Assembly (NCBI GenBank): GCA_036172245.1
Contig: JAYWIR010000007.1
Span: forward strand, 3,472,001-3,536,000
Length of the DNA: 64,000 bases
Direction of reading: 5' to 3'
Origin: Raillietiella orientalis
Lineage: Eukaryota
Numbering within the stretch: the stretch's first letter is position 1; each line of letters opens with the position of its first letter. This document shows positions 12,300 through 24,730 of this stretch, piece by piece. The position numbers and the translations under genes are program-made. The notes under the pieces were generated by a model. The model had not been told where the DNA came from. It did no database searches and worked only from the letters and a program-made list of their open reading frames with translations.

Positions 12300-14450
12300 G
12301 TCTGAGAATCCCGGCCCAATTTGTGGTATCAGAGGAATCAGCTAGGATCTCATTAACTGACGGGGTGCTCCTGCCACTTGAGCGGTTCAGGTTCGGTGAT
12401 GGCGCGGCTCGACCACGCGGACAGAGCGCGCTTCTCCTCCCAGATGCCTGGAAGGAGCCAGCCAATCCGATCGTCCCCGCCTGTCTTTCGGAACGCCCGC
12501 CCACGTGGCACCCCTTGATTGATTCGGAAATTCTCCCGCGGTCCTGGTTCTCTTCTCAACCCGGGCCCTCCGGAATAGGCTGCGGTCTTCAAAGGGGGAG
12601 AGGGTTTGCTTCTGATCATGGTCGGTCGGCGGCCTGGACCATCGGAGTCTCGGGTACGCATCACGAGTATGGGTAGACTTTGGCATTCCTCTCAAGATTC
12701 TTTTCAAGCATGGCCCGAGGCGCTTCTTCGGAGAAGCGGAAAGCCTTCGATCCGGTTCGATCTCCTTCCACCGTCTTCAACTTTCCAGAGCTTCTGCGGT
12801 GTTCTCGAAAGGACAGGCTGCGATGCCGCCTGTAACCACTCGTGTCTTCGCCCCGAAGCTCTGAGGTCAGGTCGAGCAGACCTCAGGAACGCGAGCGTCG
12901 GTTCGCGGTAGCGCCGTGTGGGTCGCCGGGGGATTGAGGGGGGTCTCCGGGACGGAAGCGTCACCTTTTCGATTCGGCGGGTGAGGATGCGAGGGAGGGT
13001 GCCTTCCCCGACATCTCCATCCCCCTGCCGTCCGGAGCGTCCGATTCAGACCGCTTCCGGCGGGTTCGCACCCTCGTGGACATCGTGTTGAACCGCGGCG
13101 CTTGGAAGGGTCGATGACCGCCTGGACCTGGAACTGCCGACAGAAAAGCCGGTCGGTACAACTGCGCCGTCGTCCCACGCAGGAGCAAGGCCTGCCCTTG
13201 GTCCGGAGCCTCCCGGCAAGGGGGAACCACTCCCCCTCGCGTCGGAGGGTGCGCGCGCTGGCCGTGGATGCCCCCCTTTTACATTTTGCGGTCGAACATG
13301 GCGCCTTCCGCAGTGGCGCTTGAGTTTGTCCTGATCCCTGCCACCCGATCGTGGGTCCTGCCCACTCCCTGCCTTGGCAGTTCTCGGTGGGAGACTCGCT
13401 GGGTTCGCCACGCTTTCTGCCGATGACTCCGAGCGCGAGCATTCCCAGAACTCTTTCCGTCAGAGTTGTCCAGAGTTGTTGCTGCTTACCACGAACGTGG
13501 GTTCGAGACGTCTCGAGAGACTGGATCTGGAGAACTAGCTCTCACAACCGTCTCCTACTGAACCCCCTGCCGACCCCGCCAGGCGAACTGGGCGGATCCG
13601 AGGCGCCCGTGCGATCGATCCACGCAGGCGTGCGCGCATCCACTCGCCGCCACCCCACTCGGAAAGCGCGCGGCTCGGCCCGGCCCGCGGACTGAGCGGG
13701 ACGGGGACCGATCGTCATACGCGCGAGAGATGCACAGACTCGGAAGCGGATCCCCGTATCCGCTCACCGCCGCGAATCAGCAGTAAAGCGGGGGTCGCTA
13801 GAAGGCATGGTAAGATGCTGATTTGAATCGGGAGGCTACCCGGAGGCATTGGAGGCTGGTAGTGGCCTACGATAGGCCTATTTCGAGAACCCTCGAAGCG
13901 GAAGCATCTAGGTTGAGCTTCCCACCCGCACCAGTCGGAAGGGTCTCTGGTTACAGGATCCGAGACACCCGAAGACGGAGGGAGCTGAAGCATCCCGAAG
14001 CGATAGGCAGAGCTCGCGAAAGAAGAATTGCTGTTCTCGAACGTACGGTATTCCCAGGATATGTGTGCCAGATGCACTCGATGAGTCACCACTGCCCGTG
14101 CTGCGAGCACACTCCAGGGTTCGTCCTGAGGATAGGCAGGAGAAGACGAATCGCAGCTAAGGAGGCTGGGGTTAGCAGCAGATCAAGAAGTTCTGGCTGT
14201 CGGAACGCGCTCGGGAATTCCGCCGCGACTCCCGAGTTCGGAAGATCCCGTGCTCCGAAGGAGAGGGAAAGCGATCGTCCCGACCAGAGCGTGCGCCGAC
14301 CATGGCAGGAACGGTCCAGCTGCTGCAGATTCCTTCTTCGCTTCCCGCGAGCTTCTCTTAGTTTGCGCGGTGGTCTCGGACTGCACATCCCGCAGTTTGC
14401 TGCCCCGGGCTTGGAGCAGGGGAGCTACCGCAAGAAGGGAATCTCCGTTC
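12300..14450 (-). mobile_element. Decayed L1/Tx1-type ORF2 fragment (APE to RT N-terminal region), 3' truncated
   Basis: 'EQQFFFRELCLSLRDASAPSVFG' (APE R..FF..L region) and 'GRAFRKTGGDDRIGWLL' (KAFD region, degenerate). Ends at a short GATTCTT(T)A tandem at 12265-12296. Confidence 0.5.
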
Positions 14451-14866
14451 CTCTCCGCCCGCCCTTCCGCTTGGGTACAAACAGGTTGACTCTGGCCTAT
14501 GGGAGAGGCCGTAGGGGAGAGGCGAGGGAGATGCAGGGGAGGCAGCGTCCCGGGCCTGTGAGGAATCGGCTAACATTCCGAAGAGGAGCGCAAACATCCG
14601 CGGCGGGCGTCTGCGTTCCGAGACGTCGCTCGACGCGAAGAACGTGCGCGCCAAAACGCGAAAGCGCCGCTGCGGCTGGAAAGAGGCACGCGGAGAGCCG
14701 GCTCCACGAGGAACGGGTTGCTGCTGCTCCACGTGCACCACAGCCGGCAGCTGCTCGGCTCGGAGAACGCATCTTCGACCTGCATAGTCGAGTTGCCAGG
14801 AAGAGGAGGGCCAGCCTTTAGAGAGCCGCATCACAAATAGCAGCCAAGCTTGACCCGAGGCGAAAA

Positions 14867-14939
14867 TTCTTCATAGCAACGGCTGCGGTCTCCGCTCGCG
14901 GCACCATGCGTTGCGGGTTCGAATCCCCGCGTGGAGGAT
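14867..14939 (+). other. tRNA-like / tRNA-derived element (non-canonical)
   Basis: 73 nt. 7-bp acceptor-like stem TTCTTCA/TGGAGGA, TAGC at positions 8-11, T-arm GCGGG-TTCGAATC-CCCGC with a B-box. D and anticodon arms are not canonical. Confidence 0.35.
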
Positions 14940-15019
14940 CGACTCCAGAAAATGAGTGAGTCGCGGGTTTCGAATTTCCCCGCAAGATGGCACTGGTTGG
15001 CATATTCGTGTGCAGCACT

Positions 15020-16750
15020 GGTTGACTCCCGATCACGCCGGGGCCGTAAAAAATAAACACACACGTCTGTGGCAGGACGTTTGATCCTACCACGTTACTT
15101 ATGAATACGAAAAGGAACCTGCAGGGATCTGGCACGCAGACCAGAGGGTTCGCCTCGGCAGCACATGGGAAGGGTAGACAAACAAAAAGAAAAACATAAA
15201 ACATACAGTCAAAAAAAATGGGGGAGGGGGGAGAGTTCGAGAAGGGATAGCTGTATGCTGGAGGGTGTCCTCTGCATCCTTGTAAAAATGCCAGAAAGTT
15301 CCTATTTTATGATTCCCAGATGGGACTATCTTGACGCTGTCCTCATGAGAAGGACAGGAAAATAGATGGCGTCTCTATCGTTTTGACCTTCTCTTGCTCT
15401 GCTGCATGCAGCCATGGTCCCGCCGCGTAGGCAGCAACGTGCTGCTGCCTACGCGGCAGCTGCACTTTGCTTTGCCACAGCAAAGTGCTCCTGCTAGGGC
15501 TGCAGCCGGCGTGAGGGCGTTACGCTGGAAGAGGCGCTTCAGAACGTCTCTGCGGTTACCCTCGAGGATCCGCAGGGACGCGGCAAAGCGTTCCCACAAA
15601 GGGTAGAGGGCAACACAATTCATGAGCAGGTGCTGCAGGGATTCCTGCTCCCCGCACCTTGCACGGTTTGGATCCCCACACACACTGTTCCCATGAGGAG
15701 TACTGGAGCAAAGAACGAACGGTACTTCAGCACTTGGAGAGCCAAAAAGAAAAGACAAAAAAGGAAAGCAGGAGAACATGCCTTAAGCGAAAGGTTGCGC
15801 AGCGTCCCCCTCTTCCGAATGCGCACCGCGGTCCAGCCCTTTGCCCAACAACGGCGGAGCTGGGTGTGTGGACAACTGCAGATTCAGACTTTGTGAGCGG
15901 TTAGAATTCGGCAGTGCTGCTGTGAGGGGGCTCCGCCGGCTGTGGCATCCCAGAAACCTGAGGAAGTGCGGGAACACGCCGTGGGCAGGCAGGTCGCGAT
16001 GCGAATAAGAAAGTGGCCATGCGCGACACGGAATCGCGAGTCTCATGGACCCATCCGACTGTGCCACTTTGGTTGCAAGAGACCAGTGGCACAGTGGGAA
16101 CCCTCTCCCCACTGCCCGCCCCTCGAACCGCAAAGGGCTAGAAGGACGACGGCACTTCGACCCTCTTTTTCCCTTTGCGTGCACCGCGATGGCGGTTGCG
16201 CGCCGTACGTTTTATGATCGTCTCGGGAACTTCTCTCCGTTTCGCTCCTGGACCAAAAGCGGGCACTCTCAGCGGGCGGCTTCGTGATCCACTAGCGCTC
16301 CTCGGATCCGGCGCTCATCTGCGAAAAGAGTTCTCGAATTCTTCTGGAGGAGGGCGGCTCCACTTGGACCGCGGGCCGTGGAGTGGCACACCGCCTGTTC
16401 AGGAGCAGCACCGAGGAGGTTTGGTCTTCCGTCCTCCAGGAAATGCGGATCAGCGGTTTCCTGGAGCACTGGTGCTGCGTGAAAGAGGTTCCCCAGGAGT
16501 CTGACGAGCCGCCGCCAGGAGTGGATGCTAGAACGTGTGCCGAGACGTTCCCGACTGCTAGCCATCCATTAGGAGGCCGGGGTGCTCTGCGAATGCTGTT
16601 CTTTTCCTGCAGATTCACTCGCTCAAACGTGCGAGTATTCCACATGTTGAAGGTGGCGCCACGGGATGCCCACGAAACACCTCCGGCCGAGTTCGAACGC
16701 CTCCAAAACACAAAACGTTCAGAACACCCTGGAAAGCTGCACAACACATC
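15020..16750 (-). mobile_element. 5'-truncated L1/Tx1-type element (RT C-terminus, zf-RVT, 3' UTR), diverged relative of the 8316-9980 copy
   Basis: 'ARCGEQESLQHLLMNCVALYPLWERFAASLRILEGNRRDVLKRLF'. The nucleotide 3' UTR aligns with 3981-4250. Confidence 0.85.
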
Positions 16751-16939
16751 TCAAGTGTTGTGGTTTTGTTCCTCTGAAGGGATCTTCATTCGTGGATGAC
16801 GTGGCACTCCAGCTGCTCGAGATTAAAACCCCACGTGTTTTCTTCCCTCTGGAGTCCCTTTCAACAGAAGATTGTCCGTCTCATCTAGGCTTATTCTAAG
16901 ACTAGTACATCCTTTGGGCTAATTTTTTAGAACCGCGAC

Positions 16940-17105
16940 CGGGGAAGGGGAAAGGGAGGGATCGGGAAGGGAAGAGAAGGGGAAGACGCGCTCGCTCGCT
17001 CTTCCCGCTCGGAGCGCGGAGGCGGCGGAGACGCACGGGATGAGGAGGACGGCCGTGCCCACGTCGCACTCCCTCCTACTCCTACTCGTATCAGACTTTC
17101 ATTCA
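16940..17105 (+). promoter_or_regulatory. Purine/G-rich tract (potential G-quadruplex) followed by an arthropod Initiator-like TCATTC; candidate vari promoter
   Basis: At least six GGG runs in 16940-16983, and a TCAKTY match at about 17099, upstream of the first recognisable vari exon. Confidence 0.3.
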
Positions 17106-18611
17106 AATTCAGACCGACCGTACGAAGCAGCATTTTCGCTTCAAATGCATCTGTATGCGCCAGCAGATCACCAGTCCCTTATCACCAGTTTTTTAGCGGT
17201 GATCAGATCATAATACAATCGCATTCGGGTCCTTGATCCGTGTAATTTTATCCAATCTGTTTATGTCCGTGCGGATGCGGCTTACGCGCCAAACGTAGAA
17301 AGATCCGTCGGTTACAAGATTCTTACTGCCGTGTCAATGCTGAATTTGCGTTGTTGAGAATGTTGTTGAGCCGAAGTGGAGAACGACAAAGGCGATCAAC
17401 TTTCTTCGGTGCGCGCGACACGTCCTCGGGAAGCAGAAGCAGCCACGTAACGCGATTGCTTCCAGGGGATTCCGACAGTCTGCCCAAGCTGGCAATATTT
17501 GGCAAACAGATAAGGATAGGATGCAGACGGCGAAGTTATCCGGAAGTCACTCGTTACTACGCTTTCTTCGAAGTGCACGAACTCCTGTGGATGTCCCTCT
17601 GAGCAGGCGGTGCGCTGGTACTGCGGAAAAGTCCAGAGAACAAAGAATTCCCTCTCGAGCCATATCTGATTGCTTTGAGGCTTCCAGAAAGACCTCACGA
17701 TGCGTAATGAGGCGAAGTGGTGAAAGGCGAGATGCAAAGTGGAGGAAAAGTTCAGGATTGGGGAAGACGGAGACAGGAATTTCGAAACGTCTCACACTGG
17801 CAGGAACTTAGCAATAGACCTGAACCTGAAGAGTGGCTGGCGCACCAACCGGTGCGGAAAGGGGGAAAGAAGAAGTGCCGGAGGATTCCTTGAATTCAAA
17901 GCGGTGAACATTTTGCGGAAAGTCAAACGGTCCTCCACAGCAAGAATGCGAGGTCGCCTCCGGAGGTGCGGTGCCTCCCCTTCTCGCCGTCTTCGCCTCC
18001 TCCTTCGCTCTTTGATAAATTTTTCAGTGAAGCCGGGACTGCTGGCCGTTGATGGATTCCCCTGTTTACGCGTGACGCTGCGCCAGCTCATTGCGACCCA
18101 GACACCACCACGCATCTGCTGCATAATATCTTCTTGATTGCGCAACACCGCGAACGTTTACCTACTCCAGGCGGAAGATGCTGCCTTCCCACTGTGGCAG
18201 TAAAAGACTGCAAGCTTGCGTGAAAGTCGAGGATCACGTACGTAGGTGTGGATACACATATGTGAGTTTCGTGCACAGACGCGCGTGCACGTGGGCGTTT
18301 CTTAGCCCCGTTCGCGCTTCTTGGTGTTACCTAACTGTCGATAATCGCGGGTCAGATGACCACACAGACCGCAACGCCGCGATGCCTTTTTGTCACTGCA
18401 ACTGACGATCTTACCGTGGTGAGCCGTGCTAGCAAGATGGAGAGAGCTATGCTTCTCGAAATGAAATGCGTATTGCGCACTTTTCGTCGCACATCCTATG
18501 CAACGACCTTAAAACGTTGCCGAGTCCGGAAAATTTCGTTTTGTACAATGCTTTCGTACAATCCACTTTTTCCATCTGACATTGAAACTGTTTCCTTGTA
18601 ATGATTTGCAG

Positions 18612-21600
18612 ATGCATTCGTATTGCTGAAAACTGGTTTAGACGATCTGGACAGAAGGATGGGCATTAATCACGAGGATCTACTGTTCCTGAAGAATGTC
18701 ATGAAAGATGAGGTGATAGCCGAGCTTGTTCAGGTACGGAAACGAATTTTCGAAAGGGGGACATCGAAGAAGCATGCTGAAAGTTGGGCGTTTTATTAGC
18801 AGATGTGCCCCTGCATCGCCTTAGCCTGTCTTTCCGACTCAAACGATGACGGTCCGTTCCGTGAGTTTCACTTGAATTTCAATTCAAGTTTTTGATTTCG
18901 CATCTCCTTTGCAAGCCTTGAGACAGGCTGATGGCGTTGGCAGAAGGAGAACGGGCGCGAAACATGGGGTGGGTAGTGCAGGGCGGCACACCTTTCTGAC
19001 GAAGCGTGTCAAAAAGTGTGGCGCAGACTTCTGGAACAAAATGCCGACCCTTTCGACCTGTGAAAGAAGCTCCAAGTAGCCACGATCCGTGTTCCCACCT
19101 GCATACCCTTCCTGCCAGACTCGTGTGAGGTGGCCTTCCCGAATCGGTGGCAGGGCAACCTTCTTGGTGAGGAGGAGACTGACCGCGATCTCCGCGGTGG
19201 CGAATAAATTGCGCGAAGCCGGTGCCTCGTCGAATCCTGAGGTCTTCGCACCGTATGAAAGAGGGCCTCAGCAGTGGATCGCAGAAACTTGGGTGCGCAC
19301 CGCATTGCAGTGCGGACTTGCGCACCGTTTCTTAGGAATGAGAGTGTGTTTACGCATCTTAGACGCGGGAGGAGTGGCCACTCGTCTTGACGCCAAAGGG
19401 TGGCAAAAGCGAGGTGTGTTTAAGGAAGGGGGGGAGGGGACTAAGTGTGGCTCGCGGCGCCATGGGATAGGTGGATGTTCAGGTGACAAATAGCGGTCGG
19501 TCGACTCTTCTCGAGAGGCTGGCGAGCTCGGACTAGAAGAGGAGAAACACTGGAGGAGGAAAGGCGACTTGCCACGCGTGTCAAAGACGGAAGTCGTTCT
19601 CGTCTTTGGCTGCCAGCACAGTGAGCGGATCCTAGAATGTGGTCCGAATCGTCCTCGACGGACCTTCGCGAGAAAGGTGTGGGAGTCGGATGACCAACTC
19701 TCCATCCAGCAGCACCTGCGTATCCCGGATCCACGCTTTGCAAAACCGGTACTTGGTCCAGGACCGGAATCTGCAAACCTTCCGGGGCACCGCTTGTGCA
19801 TGCGCCCGTTCCTACAACCGTAGACCGGGCTCAGTGGGTATCCACCTACCCGCTGGACTGACGAGAGGCAGCAGGGAGCATTCTTCTCCCTGCTGCATCA
19901 CTGACGCGCGCGTCTTCGGTCACTCTGTGGATCTCGGCCCAGCGCTCTCTGCTGTGTCGTTCGCGGTGCCACGAGGTAACGAGCCTTGCGGTCCACCTCA
20001 GTATACGTCTCCAGGATGACCAGAGTGGTTGTCTCTGGGCTTTTTCCCTTCGGCCGATCCCTCCCCGGGGAAGAAAGCACCACGCAACCGGCGTTCCTGG
20101 AGTCGATCCCTTCCGCTTCCTTCGAGACATCGCGCGTCTCCGAAATCCCTAGCATGCTTCCTTGGTACCATGGACCCCCCATCCGAAAGCTGCTCTCCGC
20201 CGTCTCTTCCCCCTTTCGGCGGTCATCCGGGGGAAGGGAAGCGGTCAGTCGGGTACCAGGAACTTGTCCTCTCGTCGGCATATCCACACGTGGCTTCAGG
20301 AGAGGAAGCGAGCAAAAGTCGCAGATGCGCATGCGGCAGATTCTCCGTCCCGGATGCGGAAAGTCTTCTGAACCTCCCACACTAGCGATCCTCTGGAGAG
20401 TCCTCCCGGACGAACAGCTCTGCGCCCTTCTCTGGAGAGGAACGCGGACGCATCCACTCTCTGCGCCCAGGTGTCGCTGCTGGCCTCCTGGGAGGGTCCT
20501 TTGGTAGATCTTCCTTTCTGGAAGACCCCTGCGTGGCTGTAAAACGAGATTCCCTGCGATTGGCGCCTGAGCAGGATTCCCGGCTTCCGGAGACACGGCT
20601 CGTTTCCGAACAACTTTATTCGCGGCAGTTGTTCCGGGAGCGACTTCGAGGAGGCGTCGTCGTCCAGACCTGCAGGATGCAGGGATGCTGCTCGTTTCCA
20701 AGGCCTCTGCAGGAGAGTTTGTGGCACCAATTGGCACCGAGAGCTCCTCCTATTCCACGCAGCCCGGAGGGGAAAGACCCGGGAGCACAGGCGGGAGTAC
20801 GAGCAGCGGATTCGTCCCTCGGATCTCTTAGCCGCCGCCGTAAGCCCTTCGGCTCTCCGTCTGGCGACCCGTGGCCCGCGTCTCCGTTCGCGCAACCTTG
20901 GCGACGTACCCTCCTTCCGGGAGTTGCCAGGACCCCGCTGCTGGAGGCGCCGCCTCCCCCTTAGGCTGCCACTGGTAAGGCGGGCGAGGAGCCGACTCAA
21001 GCGTGCTGACGTCACGAGGGCTTCCCTTTACTGGCCGGGCTTCTGCGGATGTCTTGGCTCCACAGTCCAGACCTGAAGCGCCGCGCCCTTTTGGCTCCTG
21101 GACCCCCCGGAGTGCATGACCATCGCTTTGTTACCGACCTCCTCAAACCTGCGGTCGCTGCCGGTTGATCACCCCCCATGCGTCCCAACTGCGGCGCACT
21201 GCTGGAATCGCCACCGAGCACCGACCCGGATGCGCGCGCGCACTCGCTCGGTTCCTTCGCCCCTTCCTCCTTCCCTCCTCCTCCCACATCCGTCTTCGCG
21301 AAACGATCGATGGCGCCGTCCTAGTTCGCGGTCGGCAGGTGTCCTTCCTCCAGCGGCGACGGACAGAGGGTGGCAAACGAGTAGGGGATGGGACGCCACG
21401 GGGACATCGCCGCCGACCTTGCCTTCCTCTTGCTGCGCGGAGGCTCCTGGCCTTCTTCCTTCCTCTCTCCCGCGCCCACGAACGAGCAGCGGGAGGGGGG
21501 CTCTCCCGGGATTTGCCCGGATAACCTAAGGGAGGACTACCCGCGAACAGGAAATGTCCAGCTTCTGCTCCTGTGATGACTTTAGCGCCAGTCCACCGGT

Positions 21601-24600
21601 TCCGCTCCGCGGCATGCAAAGAGCAGCACTTCGGATGGTGGTCCCGTCCTGCTCCGGGGTGGAACAGCCATTCAACTCCCATTCTCCTCCCCTCCCGTAA
21701 GCGAGACGCCACGGGCATGGAGGTCGCAATGACTGGCAAGGGACGGAATCTCCGGAAACGTGCGCTCCCCTCCGCCGCGCGCGCCAACGAACGAACGACC
21801 GACGTTGGTGTACGTCGTCCTCTCTGAGCGCCGCCAAGTCCTTTGTCCAGCAGCTCCCATGGCAGGGACGCCCCGGTGAACGGAAGACGATGCGGAACGC
21901 AGCGGCATCCGGGACCAAAAAAGGGAGGGAGGGAGAAAGAATAGCTGAGTGGGGTTCTTGCACACCGCATCGCTTCGCCCTGGAGAGTGTCGAAAAGAAG
22001 GTCGGTTTCTTGTCGATGGCGGTGCCGCTGGCGCCGAGGAAATCCAAGGAGGTCCTCCAAGGAGGAGCAGCTTTCCCATCCTGCCTCTCGTTTTCAATAC
22101 CTGCAGCGCGGCAACCTCGAGACGGGAGAGAAGAGGCCCCGAGCTGCGTCCGGTTCCTCTTCGCGACGCCACGGGCTTAGCGTCGAGGGGCGGAAGAGGT
22201 GCTGTGTGCCGGAAGTGCCAGCAGCATGTGGAGGAGTGTTGCATCCCACCGCACCAGGCACCAAGCACGAAAAGATCGGAATCTGCCGCGGGTGGGTCTC
22301 GAAGCGGCGCCAGCCTTTCCCCCGCCATCTGCGATTCGTCCTTCCATCCAGTCCGCCTTTTGGAGGAATCTCCTTACGGGCCGAAACCGCATCGGATCGG
22401 CGGGGCTGACGTGCTTCCTTTTTCCAAAATGGGGGTTTCCCGCTTCCGACCTGGGAACCCCTCCCCGCGTCCCAGAGACGGTCTCGGATCTGGCTGCGAT
22501 CCGCTCTCTTCCGTTCATCGAGCCGAATTCGCTGCATCTCCGCTTCCAGTCCTCACGACGAAAAGCAAAAAACAGAACAAAACGCAGAGGAAACTTGGGG
22601 ATGCCCTTCAGGGAAGCGAACGAGCTGGGCTCAGGGCTTTTCCCCTTTCTGTTTCTTTACTTTCCGCTTCGAGGAAAGAAACACGCACGGCCGGCGGCAT
22701 TCGAAGGCGTGCCCGCGCTGTGTGCCTCAGCAGCCATTCCAGAATACCTCAGCCCAAAGGGAGAAGCTTGGAAGGTTGCGGTGGTCAGGAAGAAGCAAGA
22801 AAGGCTACCTGCATCCCTGATCCTTGCTACGGAATCAACCTCGCGGATTGCCAGATAAACACTTAGCCTGGTAACAGGCAGTCCTTGTACGTATCGTGGC
22901 CACTGTATGTCCTCCCCCCCCTTCTTCTTCCTCTTCTCAGAGAAAGCACTTTTTTTCTTTTTTTTTTCGTATTCGAGATGAGCACTTTTTGCAAACCTCG
23001 CCGGCAATTTTCCTCGCTGTCGATGGAGTGGATTGAAGATTCACACGGCTCACCTGAGCCAGATTAATTCTGCGTTTCCTGCGCAACAAGGGAGAAGGGA
23101 AGCGGTGGGGGGGGAGAAGGGGGGGGGATGTCACTGAGCGGAGCTCGGACGCTTCGGCACGTTCCCGGCAAGCGCGTCCGCCAACGGAATTTCCCGCTAT
23201 GGCTTCGCGAGCGCTCACGGAAGGCGCGGTTTCCTTGGCAATCCCCGCCGGCATTGTTGCGACAATCGCGAAACCGTCACGTTCCTGGCACGCAACCCGC
23301 CGCGTCCACGGCAACGCAGCAGCGGCAAGTGATCGCGCTGCGGAGTATGTTACTCGGAATGCTGCTGCTGAGGCGAAGGTCCCTTGGAGAAGGCATCTTC
23401 GCGGAGCCAGAGGGAGGGAGGGAGGAGGAGGAGGAGGGGGGAGAAACGCCGACAGGTGATGCGCGCGTACCTGCACGGTCAAGCCGAGCACAAGCCGCAG
23501 GCATGTCAGTAGTGGGTGCGTACGCGTGGAGTTAGCAGCGACACGTCGCACGAAGTTCGGCTAGGTAGGTGGTAGTGGCATTCCTGTGCAGCTCATTCTT
23601 CTTGCATGTGGTGGTGGATTGGCAGTAACCATGTTCTGATCATCATCCGGCATGTTGCTATTCACGACCGGTCCGCCATCTTTCCCTTTTCCTTTCTTAG
23701 ACGCGAGGGTTTTTTTTTTTTTTTTTCTTTTCTTACCTTTGGAATCGCTGATGAGGATTTTGTAACTTTCCCGCAATGCCTGTCGAATTCTTTCTTAAGG
23801 CGAGAGATCTGGCAGCTTCCATGTCGGTGGTGTGTTCCATATAGAACTTAACCCTGATAAAGCACATCCGTTCCATCACCAAATGAATATGCGTTCGTTT
23901 GATTTCACTGCGGGAATCCAATGCCTCATTTGAGCCTTGGGAAAGAAAAGCCCCCTCTCCCCCCCTCCCCCCCCGGTAAACATCTTCGTAGCAATGCAAG
24001 CGTTGTGGGTATCCATGAGCAGATTGCAGTTCAGGCAGACGCACGCGTCTTGCGGTGACGGAGGAACATCTTTGTGGCTTCCATCACAAAAGAATCGTGA
24101 GGCGATTTTTCCCTAAGGAGGGACAAACTTTGCACCTGCTGCGGAAACTTCTCGTTGCCAATTTTATATCGCAATCCGTGCTTTCTTGTGCGTCGCAAGC
24201 ACTCCGGAAAACGTTAATAAATTGTCCAAGTAACTCAACCGTAGGTCCAGGACATACTCGAGGCCATCCGTACTGTGGATGCTGCAGGAGACGGTAACTC
24301 TGTGGAATTGCTGGAGGAGGTGGTACACACCTTAGGGCACCTACAGGGATCAAGACACCTAACGGGTGAACTGCTCTCCATATTCAAGAATGTGTACTTC
24401 AAGGTAAAAGTTGAAAAGTGAGGGCTGGGGAGGCAGTTTTATGGTGAAAGGAGTTGAAGGCGGTGGCGATCGCGACAGGATGCCAGCGGAAGTGTTCCTT
24501 TTACACGGGATGTTTCTGCAGGGAGGCTGGTTCGAGTAGACATTTTGAGATCGCCAACGCTGATTTTCGTGGCAGTTTCCCGGCCTTAAATGGGCGCGAA

Positions 24601-24692
24601 ATTCCTCCGAATGAGAAGTGCATTCATTGTCTGTAGAGGCGGGGAGGTGGCTGGGTCTCGTTAGGGAAGAGGGAAGCCATTCCACACGAGGT

Positions 24693-24730
<38 letters not shown>

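Noticed and set aside
13823..14821. 332-aa Arg-rich ORF and similar 200-305 aa ORFs at 19.9-23.5 kb
   Set aside because: Open frames expected in GC-rich decayed TE sequence, with no recognisable domain.
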